64,000 nt of DNA from Zoogloea sp. (GTDB lineage: Bacteria; Pseudomonadota; Gammaproteobacteria; Burkholderiales; Rhodocyclaceae): positions 2,131 through 66,130 of the forward strand of contig NZ_JAYROR010000089.1 in NCBI RefSeq assembly GCF_041911615.1, read 5' to 3'. Under the pieces are notes generated by a model. The model was not told where the DNA came from. It made no database searches and worked only from the letters and a program-made list of their open reading frames with translations. Made by a program: the position numbers and the translations under genes. Of this stretch, positions 52,249 through 63,333 are shown piece by piece (position 1 is the first letter of the stretch; every line of letters starts with the position of its first letter).

Positions 52249-54213
52249 TCAGGCGGTGGGGCTGGCCTCGGCGGCTTCGGCGGGCGGCGGGGCGGCGTCG
52301 GTGGGCAGGGCGGCGTCGAGTTCGTCGTCGAGGGGGGCTGGCTCGCCGCTGCCCGGTGCGAGGGTTTCGAGGTAAGTCGCGCGCACGTCCACGTCGATGA
52401 GGTCGGTGCTGTCGATGGCGAGCTGGACCCGGGTGCCGGTCGGCAGCGTGGGCATCGACGGCACCTTGAAGATCAGGGGAATTTCCTCGAGGCGGACCAG
52501 GCTTTCGCGCAGCACGCGGGCGCTCATCGTGGGGTGGCCTTGCTGACGCAGCCAGCGCAGGCACCAGTAGCGCTCCATGCCGCGCTGGAACTCCGCGTAG
52601 GCGGCGTAGGTGAGCTCGAAGTCGCGCATTGCGGCGATCAGCTCGGGCGACTTGGACGGGAATACCGGCGGGCTCTGCTGCAGCCAGCTGATGAGCTGCC
52701 ACTGATTGACCAGATCGACGTAGCGCCGTAGCGGCGAGCTGGACCAGGCGTAGCAATCGACGCCGAGGCCCTCGTGGGGTGCGGCGGCGGTGGTCATGCG
52801 CACCTTGCCGCCGGTCTGGGCGCGGTACAGCGCCGGGATGCCGGCCTCGGAGAGCGCCTTGCCCCAGGTGCTGTTGGCGGCAATCATCAGCTCGGCCACC
52901 AGCTTGTCGAGGGGCGAGCCGCGCGGGCGGCGGCCGATCTCGATGCGGCCGGGGCCGTCGGCGGTGGTTTCGGTCCAGTCGACGCTGAAGTTGTAATCGA
53001 CGAGATTCTGATTGGCGGCGGGCTTGCCGCGGCCGGCTTCGAGCACGGTGGCGAGTTCCCACAGCAGGGTGAGTTCGGACTTCCAGGGGAAATCCGGCCC
53101 GCCGTCGGCCAGAGTGGTTTCGTTGAACACCGGCTCGATGTCGTGATGGCGCAGGTTGGCGGCGATCGGCACGCGCTCGACCCGCGAATGGTGGCCGGTC
53201 ACCACCAGATCGCGGCTCACCTCGAGATAGAGCGACAGGGCCGGACAATCGCGCCCCTCGGCGAGGGTGAAGCGCTCGACGATGGCGTCGGGCAGCATGG
53301 TGATCTTGTTGCCCGGCATGTAGACCGTCGACAGGCGTGCGCGGGCGATGGCGTCGAGTTCGGAGTCGCGCCCGAAGCCGAGGCCCGGCGCGGCGATGTG
53401 GATGCCGATGCGCCAGCCGCCCTCGACGGGGGTGACCGAAAAGGCGTCGTCGATCTCGGTGGTGGCGGCGTCGTCGATGGAGAAGGCGCGCACGTCGGCG
53501 AGCGGCAGGTCGTCCGGCTCGCGCGGGGCGTCGACGCACGGGAAGCCGGTGCCGTCGGGGAAATACTCGAACAGGAAACGGTCGAAGTGCAGCTCGTGGG
53601 AGGAGGCCAGGGCGCCGCAGGCGAGCAGCAGACGGGCCGGCGATTTGCCGCTGTCGGCACAGGCGGCTTCGAGCGCCTTGGTCTCGAGGCGATTGCGGTC
53701 GGGCTTGTAGAGCAACTGGCGGACCAGCGGCTTGAGTTCGTCGGGGAGCGTGCCGGCGAGCAGTTCGTCGCGCATCCGCTCGATGGCCGCGGCTTGCTGG
53801 CGTTTCTTTTCGAGCCCGGCGAGGGCGGCCTGGAGGATTTCCGGCGGCGCCTTGCGGAAGCGGCCGCGGCCCTTGCGGTGGAAGTAGATCGGCGCGGCGT
53901 GCAGGCGCAGCAGCACGGCGGCGGATTCGACGGGGCTGGGTTCATGACCGAAGTAGTCGCGGGCGAAGTCGGCAAAGCCGAACTCGTCGTCGGTGCAGAC
54001 TTCCCACAGGAATTCGGTGTCGAGGCCCTCGGCTTCGGCTTCGGCGCGGTCGAGAAGCTCGCCCGCGGCCGGCTGGGCGAAGCGCATCAGGACGTGGTTG
54101 CTCTTCAGCTTGAGGCGCTTGCCGTGGGGTGTTTCCACCTGCAGGGAGGCGTCATTGTCGGTCAGGATGGTGCCGGTCTTGAAGGCGCCATCCTCTTCGA
54201 AGAGCAGATTCAT
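52249..54213 (-). CDS. rnb: Ribonuclease II family (RNB domain) protein
   Basis: FSIDDAATTEIDDAFS, IHIAAP, STVYMPG, SSPLRRYVDLVNQ. Confidence 0.88.
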   Translation of the reverse strand: MNLLFEEDGAFKTGTILTDNDASLQVETPHGKRLKLKSNHVLMRFAQPAAGELLDRAEAEAEGLDTEFLWEVCTDDEFGFADFARDYFGHEPSPVESAAVLLRLHAAPIYFHRKGRGRFRKAPPEILQAALAGLEKKRQQAAAIERMRDELLAGTLPDELKPLVRQLLYKPDRNRLETKALEAACADSGKSPARLLLACGALASSHELHFDRFLFEYFPDGTGFPCVDAPREPDDLPLADVRAFSIDDAATTEIDDAFSVTPVEGGWRIGIHIAAPGLGFGRDSELDAIARARLSTVYMPGNKITMLPDAIVERFTLAEGRDCPALSLYLEVSRDLVVTGHHSRVERVPIAANLRHHDIEPVFNETTLADGGPDFPWKSELTLLWELATVLEAGRGKPAANQNLVDYNFSVDWTETTADGPGRIEIGRRPRGSPLDKLVAELMIAANSTWGKALSEAGIPALYRAQTGGKVRMTTAAAPHEGLGVDCYAWSSSPLRRYVDLVNQWQLISWLQQSPPVFPSKSPELIAAMRDFELTYAAYAEFQRGMERYWCLRWLRQQGHPTMSARVLRESLVRLEEIPLIFKVPSMPTLPTGTRVQLAIDSTDLIDVDVRATYLETLAPGSGEPAPLDDELDAALPTDAAPPPAEAAEASPTA

Positions 54214-54263
54214 GGATCGATCGCGGGGGAAAACGACCGATTATAGCCAAGCCGGAGCCCGGC

Positions 54264-54291
54264 CCGGACGAAAGCCGACGCTTTCGTCCGG
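54264..54291. repeat. Perfect 12-bp hairpin after chpA
   Basis: CCGGACGAAAGC-CGAC-GCTTTCGTCCGG directly after the chpA stop; no U tract. Confidence 0.7.
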
Positions 54292-54292
54292 A

Positions 54293-57200
54293 TCAGTTCG
54301 CGCGGCGGGTGACGAAATCGCGAATCAGCTGCAGCAGCACGTCCTCGTCGTAGGGCTTGCCGAGGTAGTGATTCACGCCGATCTCCTCGGCATAGCGCTT
54401 GTGCTTGTCGGCGGTGCGGGAGGTGATCATGATGATCGGCACGGCCTTCAGGCGGGCGTCGGCACGGATGTTGCGGGTCAGGTCGAAGCCGTCCATCCGC
54501 GGCATCTCGATGTCGGCGATGATGACGTCGGGGGTCGCGGTGAGCAGCTGCTCGAGGGCGTCCACGCCGTCCTTGGCGGTGATGACCCGGTAGCCTTCCC
54601 GTTCGAGCAGGCGGCCGGTGATCTTGCGCACGGTGAGCGAGTCGTCCACCACCATCACGGTGGGCAGGGCCGGCACGGCGGGAGCCTGGGGCCGCGCCGG
54701 CGCGTCGTTGTCGAGGAAGGCCGGGCTGCGACCGGCGAGGGCGACCGGGTTGAGGATCAGCACGATCTCGCCGTCGCCGAGCACCGTGGCGCCCGAATAG
54801 CCGACCATCCGGGCATATTGCGGACCGGCGTTCTTGACGACGATTTCCTGGTTGCCGCGCAGGGTGTCCACGTGCAGGGCCAGGGTTTCGCTGCCGGCGC
54901 GCAGGAGCAGCACCCAGTTGAAGCGGTCGAGCTGCGGCTGCGACTCGCGGTCGCCGAGCAGGCGCGGCAGGTAGCGATAGCTGAAGTGTTCGCCGAGCCA
55001 CTCGGTGCCCTGGTTGGCGCGGATTTCCTGCAATGCTTCGGGCTTGAGCTCGAGCACCTGGGCGACCATCGAGGAGGGGATCGCGAAGGTGCGGCCGCCG
55101 GCGCGGATCAGCAGCGCCTGGGTGACCGCCAGCGTGAGCGGCAGGTGGATGCGGAAGGTGGTGCCCTGACCGGCTTCGGTGGCGACGCTGATGCGTCCAC
55201 CGACGGCGGCGGTTTCGCTCTTCACCACGTCCATGCCGACGCCGCGGCCGGCGAGGCTGGACAGGCTGGCGGTGGTGAAGCCAGGCACGAAGATCAGGTT
55301 GGTGAGGCGCTTGTCGTCGGTTTCCTCGTCGGGCGCGATCAGGCCGGTTTCGATGGCCTGGGCGCGGATGCGCGCGAAGTCGAGGCCGGCGCCGTCGTCG
55401 CGGAACTCGATCACCACGTCGTTGCCTTCGTGGGTGACGCGCAGGGTGATCTGACCGATCTCGGGCTTGCCGGCGGCCCGGCGTGCCTCGGGTGCCTCGA
55501 TGCCGTGGGCGACGGCGTTGCGCACCAGATGGCCGAGCGGGCCGGTCATGGCTTCGAGCACGCTGCGGTCGATTTCGATCTGACCGCCGACGATGTCGAG
55601 GTTGGCGCGCCGGCCGAGTTCCTTGGCGGTCTGGCGGACCAGGCGGTAGAGGCGCTCGGCGAGGCTGTCGAACGGCACCATCCGCACGTACATCAGCGAC
55701 TGCTGAAGCTCGCGGGCCATGCGCGACTGGGCGTGCAGGGCGGATTCGGCACCGTCGAGGTTCTTGAGCAGGTTCTGCTGGACGGTGGTCACGTCGCCGA
55801 CGCTCTCGGCCATCATCCGGGTGAGTTCCTGGAGGCGCGTGTAGCGGTCCATCTCCAGGGGGTCGAACTCGGTGTGGTGGGTTTCGACCTGGGAGAGGCG
55901 CGACTGCATCTGGGTGTCGGCCTGGATCTCGACCTCGCGCAGCTGATTGCGCAGGCGGATGACGTTTTCGGTCAGGTCGAGCAGCGAGCGGCGCAGGGTG
56001 CGCAGTTCGCCCTCGATGCGGGTTCGGGCGATGGAGATTTCGCCGGCTTCGTTCACGAACTGGTCGATCCGGCTGGCCTCGATCCGCAGCTGGGTGCGGG
56101 CCGCCTGGGCGAGGGCTTCGCCGGGCTGGGCCGGTGCGTCGTCGACGGCGATGGCGGTTTCGACCACGTTGGCGGGCGCCGCGGCGGGCTCGGCCGCTGC
56201 CGTGGCCGGGTGTTCGAGGAGGTCGAGTGCCTGGCGGGTCTGGTCGAGGGCGGTTTCGAGCTCGTCGAGGATTTCGGTGCTGCCCGGGTCCTGGCTGCGG
56301 GCGCGCTCGAGGCGGGTTTCGAGATCGTGCAGGCTTTGGCCGAGGGTCATCGCGCCGACCATCCGCGCGCTGCCCTTCAGGGTGTGCAGCAGGCGGGCGA
56401 TGCCGGCGGGGTGGGCCGGGTCGGTGGGGGCGTCGCGCCAGTTGCGTACGGCGGTGTCGAGTTGGTCGAGGAGCTCCTGACCTTCGTCCAGGAAGATCGG
56501 CAGCAGCTCGGTGTCGATCTCGTCGCGCAGCTGCGGGGCCGGCGTGCTGGGTTCGGCGGCCGGACGCGGGCTGACGATCGGGGTGGTGACGAGGGCCGAG
56601 GGCGCGTCGGGGCGCAGGTTGATGACTTCGGCCAGATGCGCGGCGAGGATGTCGTCGAGCTGTTCGACGAGCTCGGGAACGGCTTCCGGCAGCACCCGGG
56701 CGGCCAGCTGCACCAACATGCTTTCGAGGGCGCTGGCGGCGGCGCCCAGCAGGGTGGCCTGTTCGGCGGCGGGGGCGCGGTCGTGGTCGGCGAGGCGCTG
56801 CTGGGCCAGTTCGAGTGCCTTGGCGAGGCGCTGCGGGGCGATGAAGCGCGCGGTGCCGGAGATGCCCGCCAGGGTGTGCGCGGCGCGAATGGCGGCCTGC
56901 GGCGGCACGAGGGTCGGATTGACCGACAGGCGGGCCAGCTCATGACGCAGGGTGGCGACGTGCTGGCGGGCTTCGACGAGATAGAGGTCGAACAGCGGAC
57001 GCGACAGGGTGACGTCGCCGAGGCGGACTTCGTCCGGATCGCCGGCGTCGGATTCGTCGTCCGGCTCGGGCGGGCGGGGTTGGTCGGCTTCGTCCGTCGC
57101 GACGGCTTCATCGGCGGAAAACGCCTCGACGTAGAGGTCGTCGATGTCGTCAAGAGGCGGTGAGGCGGTGTCGATCGGCGCTGCGTGAAAGGTCGGCAGC

Positions 57201-60200
57201 TCGAAGACGGGGGCGTCGTCGGCGAGAATTTCGGGAACGGAGGGCTCGGGGGCGTCGGAGGCGACCGGTTCGGGAAGTGTGACGTGGGCCTCCAGATCGG
57301 CCAGGGCTTCTTCGACGGTCAGCGGCGCGTCGGCCAGGTCGGGCAGGGCGTCGAGTTCGGCTTCCAGCTCGACCTCGGCGGCGCCGAGCGTGTCGAGCCC
57401 GACCGGTTGCGGCGCAATCGGGGCCGCGGTGGGGACGTCGAAAGCCGGCTGTTCGAGCGGCGGGCGATCGATGGGCTCGGCATCGGTCGGCAGCGCGAAG
57501 GCGAGGGGTTCGACGGCCGTCGCGGCCGGTGGGGCGGCGACGCTGACACGGGGCGCCTCGGGCGTGGCCTCCACATCGATCGCCGGGCCGTCGTCGATGG
57601 GGATGTCGATCACCGGCGACAGGGCGGTCTCGCTGAAGCTGAGGTCGGGGAAATCGAGGGCCAGTGCCGGGGCCGGCGTTTCGGCGACAGGGGTGTCGTC
57701 GAAGCGCGGAATCGGCGTGCCGATGTCGGTTTCGGTGAAGTCGTGATCGGGCACGACCACGGTGGCTTCGAGGTTGAAGACTTCTGCGGCCAGGTCGTCC
57801 ACCACCGGGAATGGAGTGGGGATGGCCGGGGCCGGGGCGACGGCGGGCGTAGCCACCGGTGCGGCTTCGTCCTCGCTGCGCAGGCGCTCGGCGTCGGCGA
57901 GCAACGCGTCAACGTTCTTGTGGGTGCCGGCGCCGGCCTTGATCTGGTCGATCCAGGCGGAGAAGGCGGCGTGGGCGTCGGCGATCAGGGCGAGGAGATC
58001 GGCGCCGACGGGCAGTTCGAGGCGCAGCCAGTGGTTGAGCGTCTGCTCCATGCCCCACGCGGCTTCGCCGAAATCCTTGAGGCCGACCATGCGGCCGCTG
58101 CCCTTGAGGGTGTGGAAGCTGCGCCGGATGGTGGTGAGCACATCCACGTCGTGGGGGCGCTCGCGCAGTTCGACGAGCTTGGCGGCGATGGTGGTGCGGA
58201 CATCGATGGCCTCTTCGATGAAGATGGCCAGCAGTTCGGCGTCGATTTCTTCTTCGGAGGCGTCGAGCAGGCGGCTCGCCGCATCGGACAGGGCCGGCGC
58301 TTCGGGGGCGGCGGCGATGGGGGCTTCGGCGGTGAACAGCTCGCCGGCGTCGAGCATCGTGAGCGCCTGGCGGGCCTGTTTTTCGAGTTCGAGGTCGGCG
58401 GTGAGCGAGGCGTCCTGGCGCAGGCTCTCGAGGTTGAGCTGCAGTTCGGTGCGCAGGCCGATGTCGTCGGGGTTGTCTTTGAGCGCGGCGGTGAGGGCCG
58501 CGGTCTCGCGCTTCTGCTGGGCCAGTTCGGCTTCGACGGTGTCGGTGGCGGCGGGGCCGGTGTCGGGGCGCAGGATGCGGTCGAGATCGGCGGGGCCGTG
58601 TTGCAGCGCTTCGATGTAGACGCCGAGGGCCGACAGGCGGTGGGCGATCTCCTCGAACGCGCGGGTGTCTCCGCTGGCGTCGTCGGGGGTGAGGGCTGCG
58701 ATGCGGGTGGCGGCATCCTGGACCAGTCGCACGGCACCGTCCTCGTTCATGACCGACAGGGCGCCTTCGACCTGCTTGAGCGGGGCGCGGACGGCGTCGA
58801 GGATGTCCAGACGGCTGGGCGAACGGAAGAAGCTGTCGAGGCTCTGCTCGACTTCCGACAGGTTGGTGAGGATTTCGTGGGCGAGCTGACGGTTGACCTG
58901 GCGCGCCTGGGAGTCGGGCTCGGCGATGGCCAGCGGGGCGAGTTGTTCGCCGCGCTGGTGGGCCGTCAAGCGCTGCAGCAGGACTTCGATCTGGGCGTCT
59001 TCCTGGACGTCGGCGCGGGCGTGGGCGTCGAGGCGGGTGTCGAGCACCAGCATCGTGGTGGCGACGTCCATCGACAGGGCTTCGGTGAGGCGCAGCGGAT
59101 CCTGCCGCAGCCAGCGGGCGAGTTCGCCGAGTGCGCTGGCGAGATCGGCGACTTCGGGCTGGCCCAGGGTGCGGGCGTCGCCGATGACGAGGGCGATGGT
59201 GTCCTGGAAGCGCGGCAATCCGATGGCGCCGCCCTTGGAGAACTGGTCCCAGGCCTCGCGGGCGTCGGACAGGTTTTCGCGCAGCTTGCGCAACACCGGC
59301 GCGAGAGGCTTGTCGCTCAGCGGGCGATCGGCGCCGGGGATCAGTTCGCCGAGCCGGTAGGCGTCGCGCGTGGCATCGATGACCGGCGATTGGGCGGCGG
59401 CGGTGGCGACGTGGTAGAGCACGTCGCGCATCAGCCGCTCCGCGACGATCGCCGAGCCTTCCATGACGCGCCGCATCTGGGCGTCGATGCGGCCGCACAG
59501 GCGCTTGGTGGCGGCGTCGGGGGCGATGTCGCCCTGGCCGAGGGCGTCGAAGAACGCGGTGGCGGCGAACCAGAAGGCGCGTGAGGCGGGCACGCCCTGC
59601 AGTTGTTCGATGCCGGCGACGGAGTCGCGCATCTCTTGCGGGCCGGTCGGGTCATCGCCGTTGCGGAACCACTTGAGCAGGCCGCGCTCGAAGCGCCCGC
59701 GCAGCGCGCGCAGACGCTTGGGGTCGTCGCTGGTGTCGGCCGGTCGGGTGAAGGTCGGGCGCAGGGAGAGGTCGGGGAAGAACAGTTCGCCGGCGGTGGG
59801 GGGCTCCTGGCCGCGGGCCTGGGCGAGCTCGAGGTAGAGCCCGAGGAGGCGCAGGGCCTGGTCGGGCTGGCCGCGGGTGAGCTCGTCGAGATAGTTGCCG
59901 ATGGCGGCGATGCTGCGCGTGGCGAGGCGCAGGGTGTCGGGCGTGGTGGTGACCTGACCGCCGGCCATCTCGCCGAGCAGCCGGTCGAGTTGCTCGGAGA
60001 ACTGGGTGAGGCCGTCGAGACCGACGATCGACAGGGCACCGTGGGCTTGGTGCAGGTGGGTCTGGGCGAATTTGACCTTGCCGGAGCGGTCCGGTGCGGT
60101 GGCGGCTTCGGCGAGCGCCGCCGCGGCCCGCTCGAGGGCCAGATCGATTTCGCCTTTGACCCAGGTCAGCGGACCCAGGTCGAGTTCGTGTGCAGAGCTC

Positions 60201-60202
60201 AT
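54293..60202 (-). CDS. chpA: ChpA/PilL-type chemosensory CheA-like hybrid kinase
   Basis: Hpt motifs LHQAHGAL, FHTLKGSGRM, AHTLAGIS, LHTLKGSARM; RNAVAHGIE HATPase; CheW domain; C-terminal REC (ADIEMP). Confidence 0.92.
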   Translation of the reverse strand: MSSAHELDLGPLTWVKGEIDLALERAAAALAEAATAPDRSGKVKFAQTHLHQAHGALSIVGLDGLTQFSEQLDRLLGEMAGGQVTTTPDTLRLATRSIAAIGNYLDELTRGQPDQALRLLGLYLELAQARGQEPPTAGELFFPDLSLRPTFTRPADTSDDPKRLRALRGRFERGLLKWFRNGDDPTGPQEMRDSVAGIEQLQGVPASRAFWFAATAFFDALGQGDIAPDAATKRLCGRIDAQMRRVMEGSAIVAERLMRDVLYHVATAAAQSPVIDATRDAYRLGELIPGADRPLSDKPLAPVLRKLRENLSDAREAWDQFSKGGAIGLPRFQDTIALVIGDARTLGQPEVADLASALGELARWLRQDPLRLTEALSMDVATTMLVLDTRLDAHARADVQEDAQIEVLLQRLTAHQRGEQLAPLAIAEPDSQARQVNRQLAHEILTNLSEVEQSLDSFFRSPSRLDILDAVRAPLKQVEGALSVMNEDGAVRLVQDAATRIAALTPDDASGDTRAFEEIAHRLSALGVYIEALQHGPADLDRILRPDTGPAATDTVEAELAQQKRETAALTAALKDNPDDIGLRTELQLNLESLRQDASLTADLELEKQARQALTMLDAGELFTAEAPIAAAPEAPALSDAASRLLDASEEEIDAELLAIFIEEAIDVRTTIAAKLVELRERPHDVDVLTTIRRSFHTLKGSGRMVGLKDFGEAAWGMEQTLNHWLRLELPVGADLLALIADAHAAFSAWIDQIKAGAGTHKNVDALLADAERLRSEDEAAPVATPAVAPAPAIPTPFPVVDDLAAEVFNLEATVVVPDHDFTETDIGTPIPRFDDTPVAETPAPALALDFPDLSFSETALSPVIDIPIDDGPAIDVEATPEAPRVSVAAPPAATAVEPLAFALPTDAEPIDRPPLEQPAFDVPTAAPIAPQPVGLDTLGAAEVELEAELDALPDLADAPLTVEEALADLEAHVTLPEPVASDAPEPSVPEILADDAPVFELPTFHAAPIDTASPPLDDIDDLYVEAFSADEAVATDEADQPRPPEPDDESDAGDPDEVRLGDVTLSRPLFDLYLVEARQHVATLRHELARLSVNPTLVPPQAAIRAAHTLAGISGTARFIAPQRLAKALELAQQRLADHDRAPAAEQATLLGAAASALESMLVQLAARVLPEAVPELVEQLDDILAAHLAEVINLRPDAPSALVTTPIVSPRPAAEPSTPAPQLRDEIDTELLPIFLDEGQELLDQLDTAVRNWRDAPTDPAHPAGIARLLHTLKGSARMVGAMTLGQSLHDLETRLERARSQDPGSTEILDELETALDQTRQALDLLEHPATAAAEPAAAPANVVETAIAVDDAPAQPGEALAQAARTQLRIEASRIDQFVNEAGEISIARTRIEGELRTLRRSLLDLTENVIRLRNQLREVEIQADTQMQSRLSQVETHHTEFDPLEMDRYTRLQELTRMMAESVGDVTTVQQNLLKNLDGAESALHAQSRMARELQQSLMYVRMVPFDSLAERLYRLVRQTAKELGRRANLDIVGGQIEIDRSVLEAMTGPLGHLVRNAVAHGIEAPEARRAAGKPEIGQITLRVTHEGNDVVIEFRDDGAGLDFARIRAQAIETGLIAPDEETDDKRLTNLIFVPGFTTASLSSLAGRGVGMDVVKSETAAVGGRISVATEAGQGTTFRIHLPLTLAVTQALLIRAGGRTFAIPSSMVAQVLELKPEALQEIRANQGTEWLGEHFSYRYLPRLLGDRESQPQLDRFNWVLLLRAGSETLALHVDTLRGNQEIVVKNAGPQYARMVGYSGATVLGDGEIVLILNPVALAGRSPAFLDNDAPARPQAPAVPALPTVMVVDDSLTVRKITGRLLEREGYRVITAKDGVDALEQLLTATPDVIIADIEMPRMDGFDLTRNIRADARLKAVPIIMITSRTADKHKRYAEEIGVNHYLGKPYDEDVLLQLIRDFVTRRAN

Positions 60203-60251
60203 CGGTGCGTGCAGGTCGGATTCCGTTCCGGGGCGTGGGTGCGGCTGAGGT

Positions 60252-62375
60252 TCAGACCTTGAAGCCGGACACCGAGCCCTTGAGTTCGACGGCCAGATCG
60301 GCCAGTTCGCCGATGGAGACGGCGGTCTGCTGGGTGCCGGTGGTGGTGCGGTCGGTGATGGCGAGAATGCTGCGCATCTTCTCCGCCACCTGGGTGGCGG
60401 CCTTGGCCTGGACCTCGGTACTGACCGAGATGCGTTCGATCAGCGCGGCGGTTTCGGCAGACACGCGTTCGATCTCGGCGAGTTCCTGGCCGGCGGTTTC
60501 GGACAGGCGGGCACCGTCGACCACGTCGCGAGTGGCGTTTTCCATGGCGGTCACGGCGTCGCCGGTATCGGTCTGAATGGTCTTCACGATCGCGCCGATC
60601 TGCTTGGTGGCTTCGGCGGAGCGTTCGGCGAGGCGCTGCACTTCTTCGGCAACCACCGAGAAGCCGCGACCGGCTTCACCGGCCGAGGCGGCCTGGATGG
60701 CGGCATTCAGGGCCAGCACGTTGGTTTGTTCGGTAATGTCGGAAATCAGTTCCACGATTTCGCCGATCTCCTGAGAGGATTCGCCGAGGCGCTTGATGCG
60801 CTTGGAGGTTTCCTGGATCTTCTCGCGGATGTCGTTCATGCCCTTGATGGTGTCCTCCACCGCGGCGGCGCCCTTCTGGGCGGCTTCGAGGGAGCGACGG
60901 GCCACCTGGGCGGACTGCATCGCGTCCTCGGAGGCGGCGCTCATGGAGCTGGCCATGCTCTGCGCGGTTTCGCCGGCCAGGCGCAGTTCCTGGGCCTGGC
61001 GTTCGGTGGCGGACAGCAGTTCGTCCGAGGTGCGCTGGGCGGATTCGGTGGCACTGGTCACGCGCAGGGCGGCGTCGTTGATGCGGCGCACCAGCACGGA
61101 GAGTTCCTCAATCGTGTAGTTGACCGAGTCGGCAATGGCGCCGGTGATGTCCTCGGTGACGGTGGCGCGCACGGTGAGGTCGCCGTCGGCGAGGTCGCCC
61201 ATCTCGTTCATCAGGCGAAGGATGGCCTGCTGGGTGCCGTTGCGCTCGTTTTCGGCCGCTTCGCGCAGTTGTTCGGAGGCCTGGCGGCGGCGCGCGATGT
61301 CGTCGTTGTAGGTCTTGGCCATCAGTGCCAGGCAGGCGAGGGCGAGCAGCGCGCTGAGGATGATCGCCAGGCTCACCCAGGTGAAGAAGCCGGTGTAGGC
61401 GTTGTTGTAGCCGTTGGCGAGGGCGGTGGTCTTCTCGAGCAGCGGGGTGGAGTCGCGGAAGATGTGGCTGCCGGCTTCCTTCGCCTTTACGAGGAGCTGG
61501 ATGTTGTTGAGGATGGTCTGGACGGCGGTGAGGTTTTCCTTGCCAGCGCTTTCGAGTTCGGAGAGCTTGGCTTTGGTGTCGGTGCCGTCGCCGGTCATCT
61601 TCTGGAGCTGGTCGATCTGCTCGCGGAAGGTGATGGTGTCCTTGCCGAGCAGGAAGGCCACTTCGGGGTCGATGGCGCTGGCAATGAGCAGCGCGTTGGC
61701 GTTCTTGGCGATGCGCTGGGTGAGCATCACGACCTGGTTGGCCGTCGCGATCTCGCGGGCGGAGGCGCCGCCCTGCAGCTTGAGTGCGGCGACCTGCTCG
61801 GACAGTTCGAGCAGGTGGGGGTTCTTGCCGTTGATGGTGGCCACCGCCTTGCCCAGACCGGTGAGGTTGGTTTCTTCCTTGATCAGCTTGTCGGCATCGG
61901 CCGCGGTCTTCTTCCAGAGGGTCGAGACGGCCTCGAGTTCCTCGGCCACGGCTCCGCTGCCGCCGGGCACGTGGGTGCCGTCGATCTCGCCGCCGTCGGT
62001 GAGGACTTCGCGCAGCTGCTCGAACTGGGTGCGGCTTTCCTTGAGTTCGGCGAACGCGGCGGTATCGCCCTGCAGGGCGAGCTGGCTGGCCTTGGCGATC
62101 TGCTGCGACAGGGTGCGCATCTTGCCGGCGGCGGTGACGTAGGCGGTGCCGATGCCGTTGTCGCGGATCTGGTAGAGCACCAGCGCGGCGGTGATGGCGG
62201 AGAAGATCAGGAAGGGAACGCGCAGGACGCGCAGTTGCTCGGACGCGCTCTTGCCGGCCAGGAACGGAAGGGCCGCGCCGGGCTGCGTGCCGTCGCCGGC
62301 TTCGATGATCGTATCCACGTTGGTCGAAGCAGCCTTATTGCCGCCCAGCGAGAATCCCGGAAGCTTGAATGCCAT
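60252..62375 (-). CDS. pilJ: PilJ-type methyl-accepting chemotaxis protein
   Basis: [63 protein letters not shown]. Confidence 0.95.
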   Translation of the reverse strand: MAFKLPGFSLGGNKAASTNVDTIIEAGDGTQPGAALPFLAGKSASEQLRVLRVPFLIFSAITAALVLYQIRDNGIGTAYVTAAGKMRTLSQQIAKASQLALQGDTAAFAELKESRTQFEQLREVLTDGGEIDGTHVPGGSGAVAEELEAVSTLWKKTAADADKLIKEETNLTGLGKAVATINGKNPHLLELSEQVAALKLQGGASAREIATANQVVMLTQRIAKNANALLIASAIDPEVAFLLGKDTITFREQIDQLQKMTGDGTDTKAKLSELESAGKENLTAVQTILNNIQLLVKAKEAGSHIFRDSTPLLEKTTALANGYNNAYTGFFTWVSLAIILSALLALACLALMAKTYNDDIARRRQASEQLREAAENERNGTQQAILRLMNEMGDLADGDLTVRATVTEDITGAIADSVNYTIEELSVLVRRINDAALRVTSATESAQRTSDELLSATERQAQELRLAGETAQSMASSMSAASEDAMQSAQVARRSLEAAQKGAAAVEDTIKGMNDIREKIQETSKRIKRLGESSQEIGEIVELISDITEQTNVLALNAAIQAASAGEAGRGFSVVAEEVQRLAERSAEATKQIGAIVKTIQTDTGDAVTAMENATRDVVDGARLSETAGQELAEIERVSAETAALIERISVSTEVQAKAATQVAEKMRSILAITDRTTTGTQQTAVSIGELADLAVELKGSVSGFKV

Positions 62376-62422
62376 GTTTGTCGTCCTTGGGCGGTGCGGG
62401 CCGCCGCTCCTCCTGAATGGTT

Positions 62423-62938
62423 TTACGATTGCGCGGCGTCGAGAAAACGTGCGTTGTTCAGTAGTTCGCTCACCTTGAGCCGGGTCCAGGGGTTGCCGTA
62501 GGCATCCTGGAGCTGGTCGCCGATCCAGGGCTGGTCGGCATCGAAGGGGGTGGCGAGGGGTTCGAAGTCCTCGATGGCGCGCAGACCCAGGGCACGCGTG
62601 ACGAGGAGGGCGCAGTTGAGGTTGTGGCGCACGCCGACGAGCAGCAGCCGGGACTGACCGATCGGCGCGATCGGGGTGTCGCCGTGGAAGGCCGAGAAAT
62701 CGACGACCCCGAAGAGGTTGCCGCGCACGCTGGCCAGGCCGCGGAACCACGGCTGGCTGAGCGGGACGGTGGCCAGGGGAGGGACGGCGAGGATCTCGCC
62801 GGCCTCGGTGAGGTCCACCAGCCAGTTGCGCTTGCCGGCCTGGATGCCGAGGAGGGCCGATGCGCGGCTGTCGCGGGCATCGGCGAGGCGCCGGGCGAGC
62901 CCGGCCTGGAATTCGTGGAGGCTGATCCGCTTCGCCAT
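62423..62938 (-). CDS. pilI: CheW-like PilI
   Basis: [23 protein letters not shown]; position between pilH and pilJ. Confidence 0.88.
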   Translation of the reverse strand: MAKRISLHEFQAGLARRLADARDSRASALLGIQAGKRNWLVDLTEAGEILAVPPLATVPLSQPWFRGLASVRGNLFGVVDFSAFHGDTPIAPIGQSRLLLVGVRHNLNCALLVTRALGLRAIEDFEPLATPFDADQPWIGDQLQDAYGNPWTRLKVSELLNNARFLDAAQS

Positions 62939-62947
62939 GGGGAGTCG

Positions 62948-63313
62948 TCAGTTGAGTGCGCGGATTTTCTCGAGCAGGACCGCGTGATCGAGGGGCTTGA
63001 CCATGTAGTCGAAGGCCCCCTGGCGCATGCCCCAGATCTTGTCGGTCTCGAGACCCTTGCTGGTGCAGATGATGACGGGGATGTCGCGAGTGGCGTCGTC
63101 GCGCACGATGGTGCGGGTGGCCTGGTAACCGTTGGTGCCGGGCATCACGACGTCCATCAGGATCAGGTCGGGCAACTCGGCCTTGCTCTTGACCACGGCC
63201 TCTTCGCCACTGTCGGCGGTGATCACCTGGTAACCGTTCTTGACCAGCACTTCGGACAGGGCGAGCCGTTCTGTCGGGGAATCATCAACGACGAGGATTT
63301 TCTTGATCGGCAT
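62948..63313 (-). CDS. pilH: CheY-like PilH
   Basis: [34 protein letters not shown]. Confidence 0.93.
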   Translation of the reverse strand: MPIKKILVVDDSPTERLALSEVLVKNGYQVITADSGEEAVVKSKAELPDLILMDVVMPGTNGYQATRTIVRDDATRDIPVIICTSKGLETDKIWGMRQGAFDYMVKPLDHAVLLEKIRALN

Positions 63314-63333
63314 GGAGGCGGCGTTTCGTGGGG

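Noticed and set aside
53993-59584. Long plus-strand ORFs (1056 aa, 799 aa) opposite chpA
   Set aside because: Antisense shadows produced by high-GC3 codon bias.
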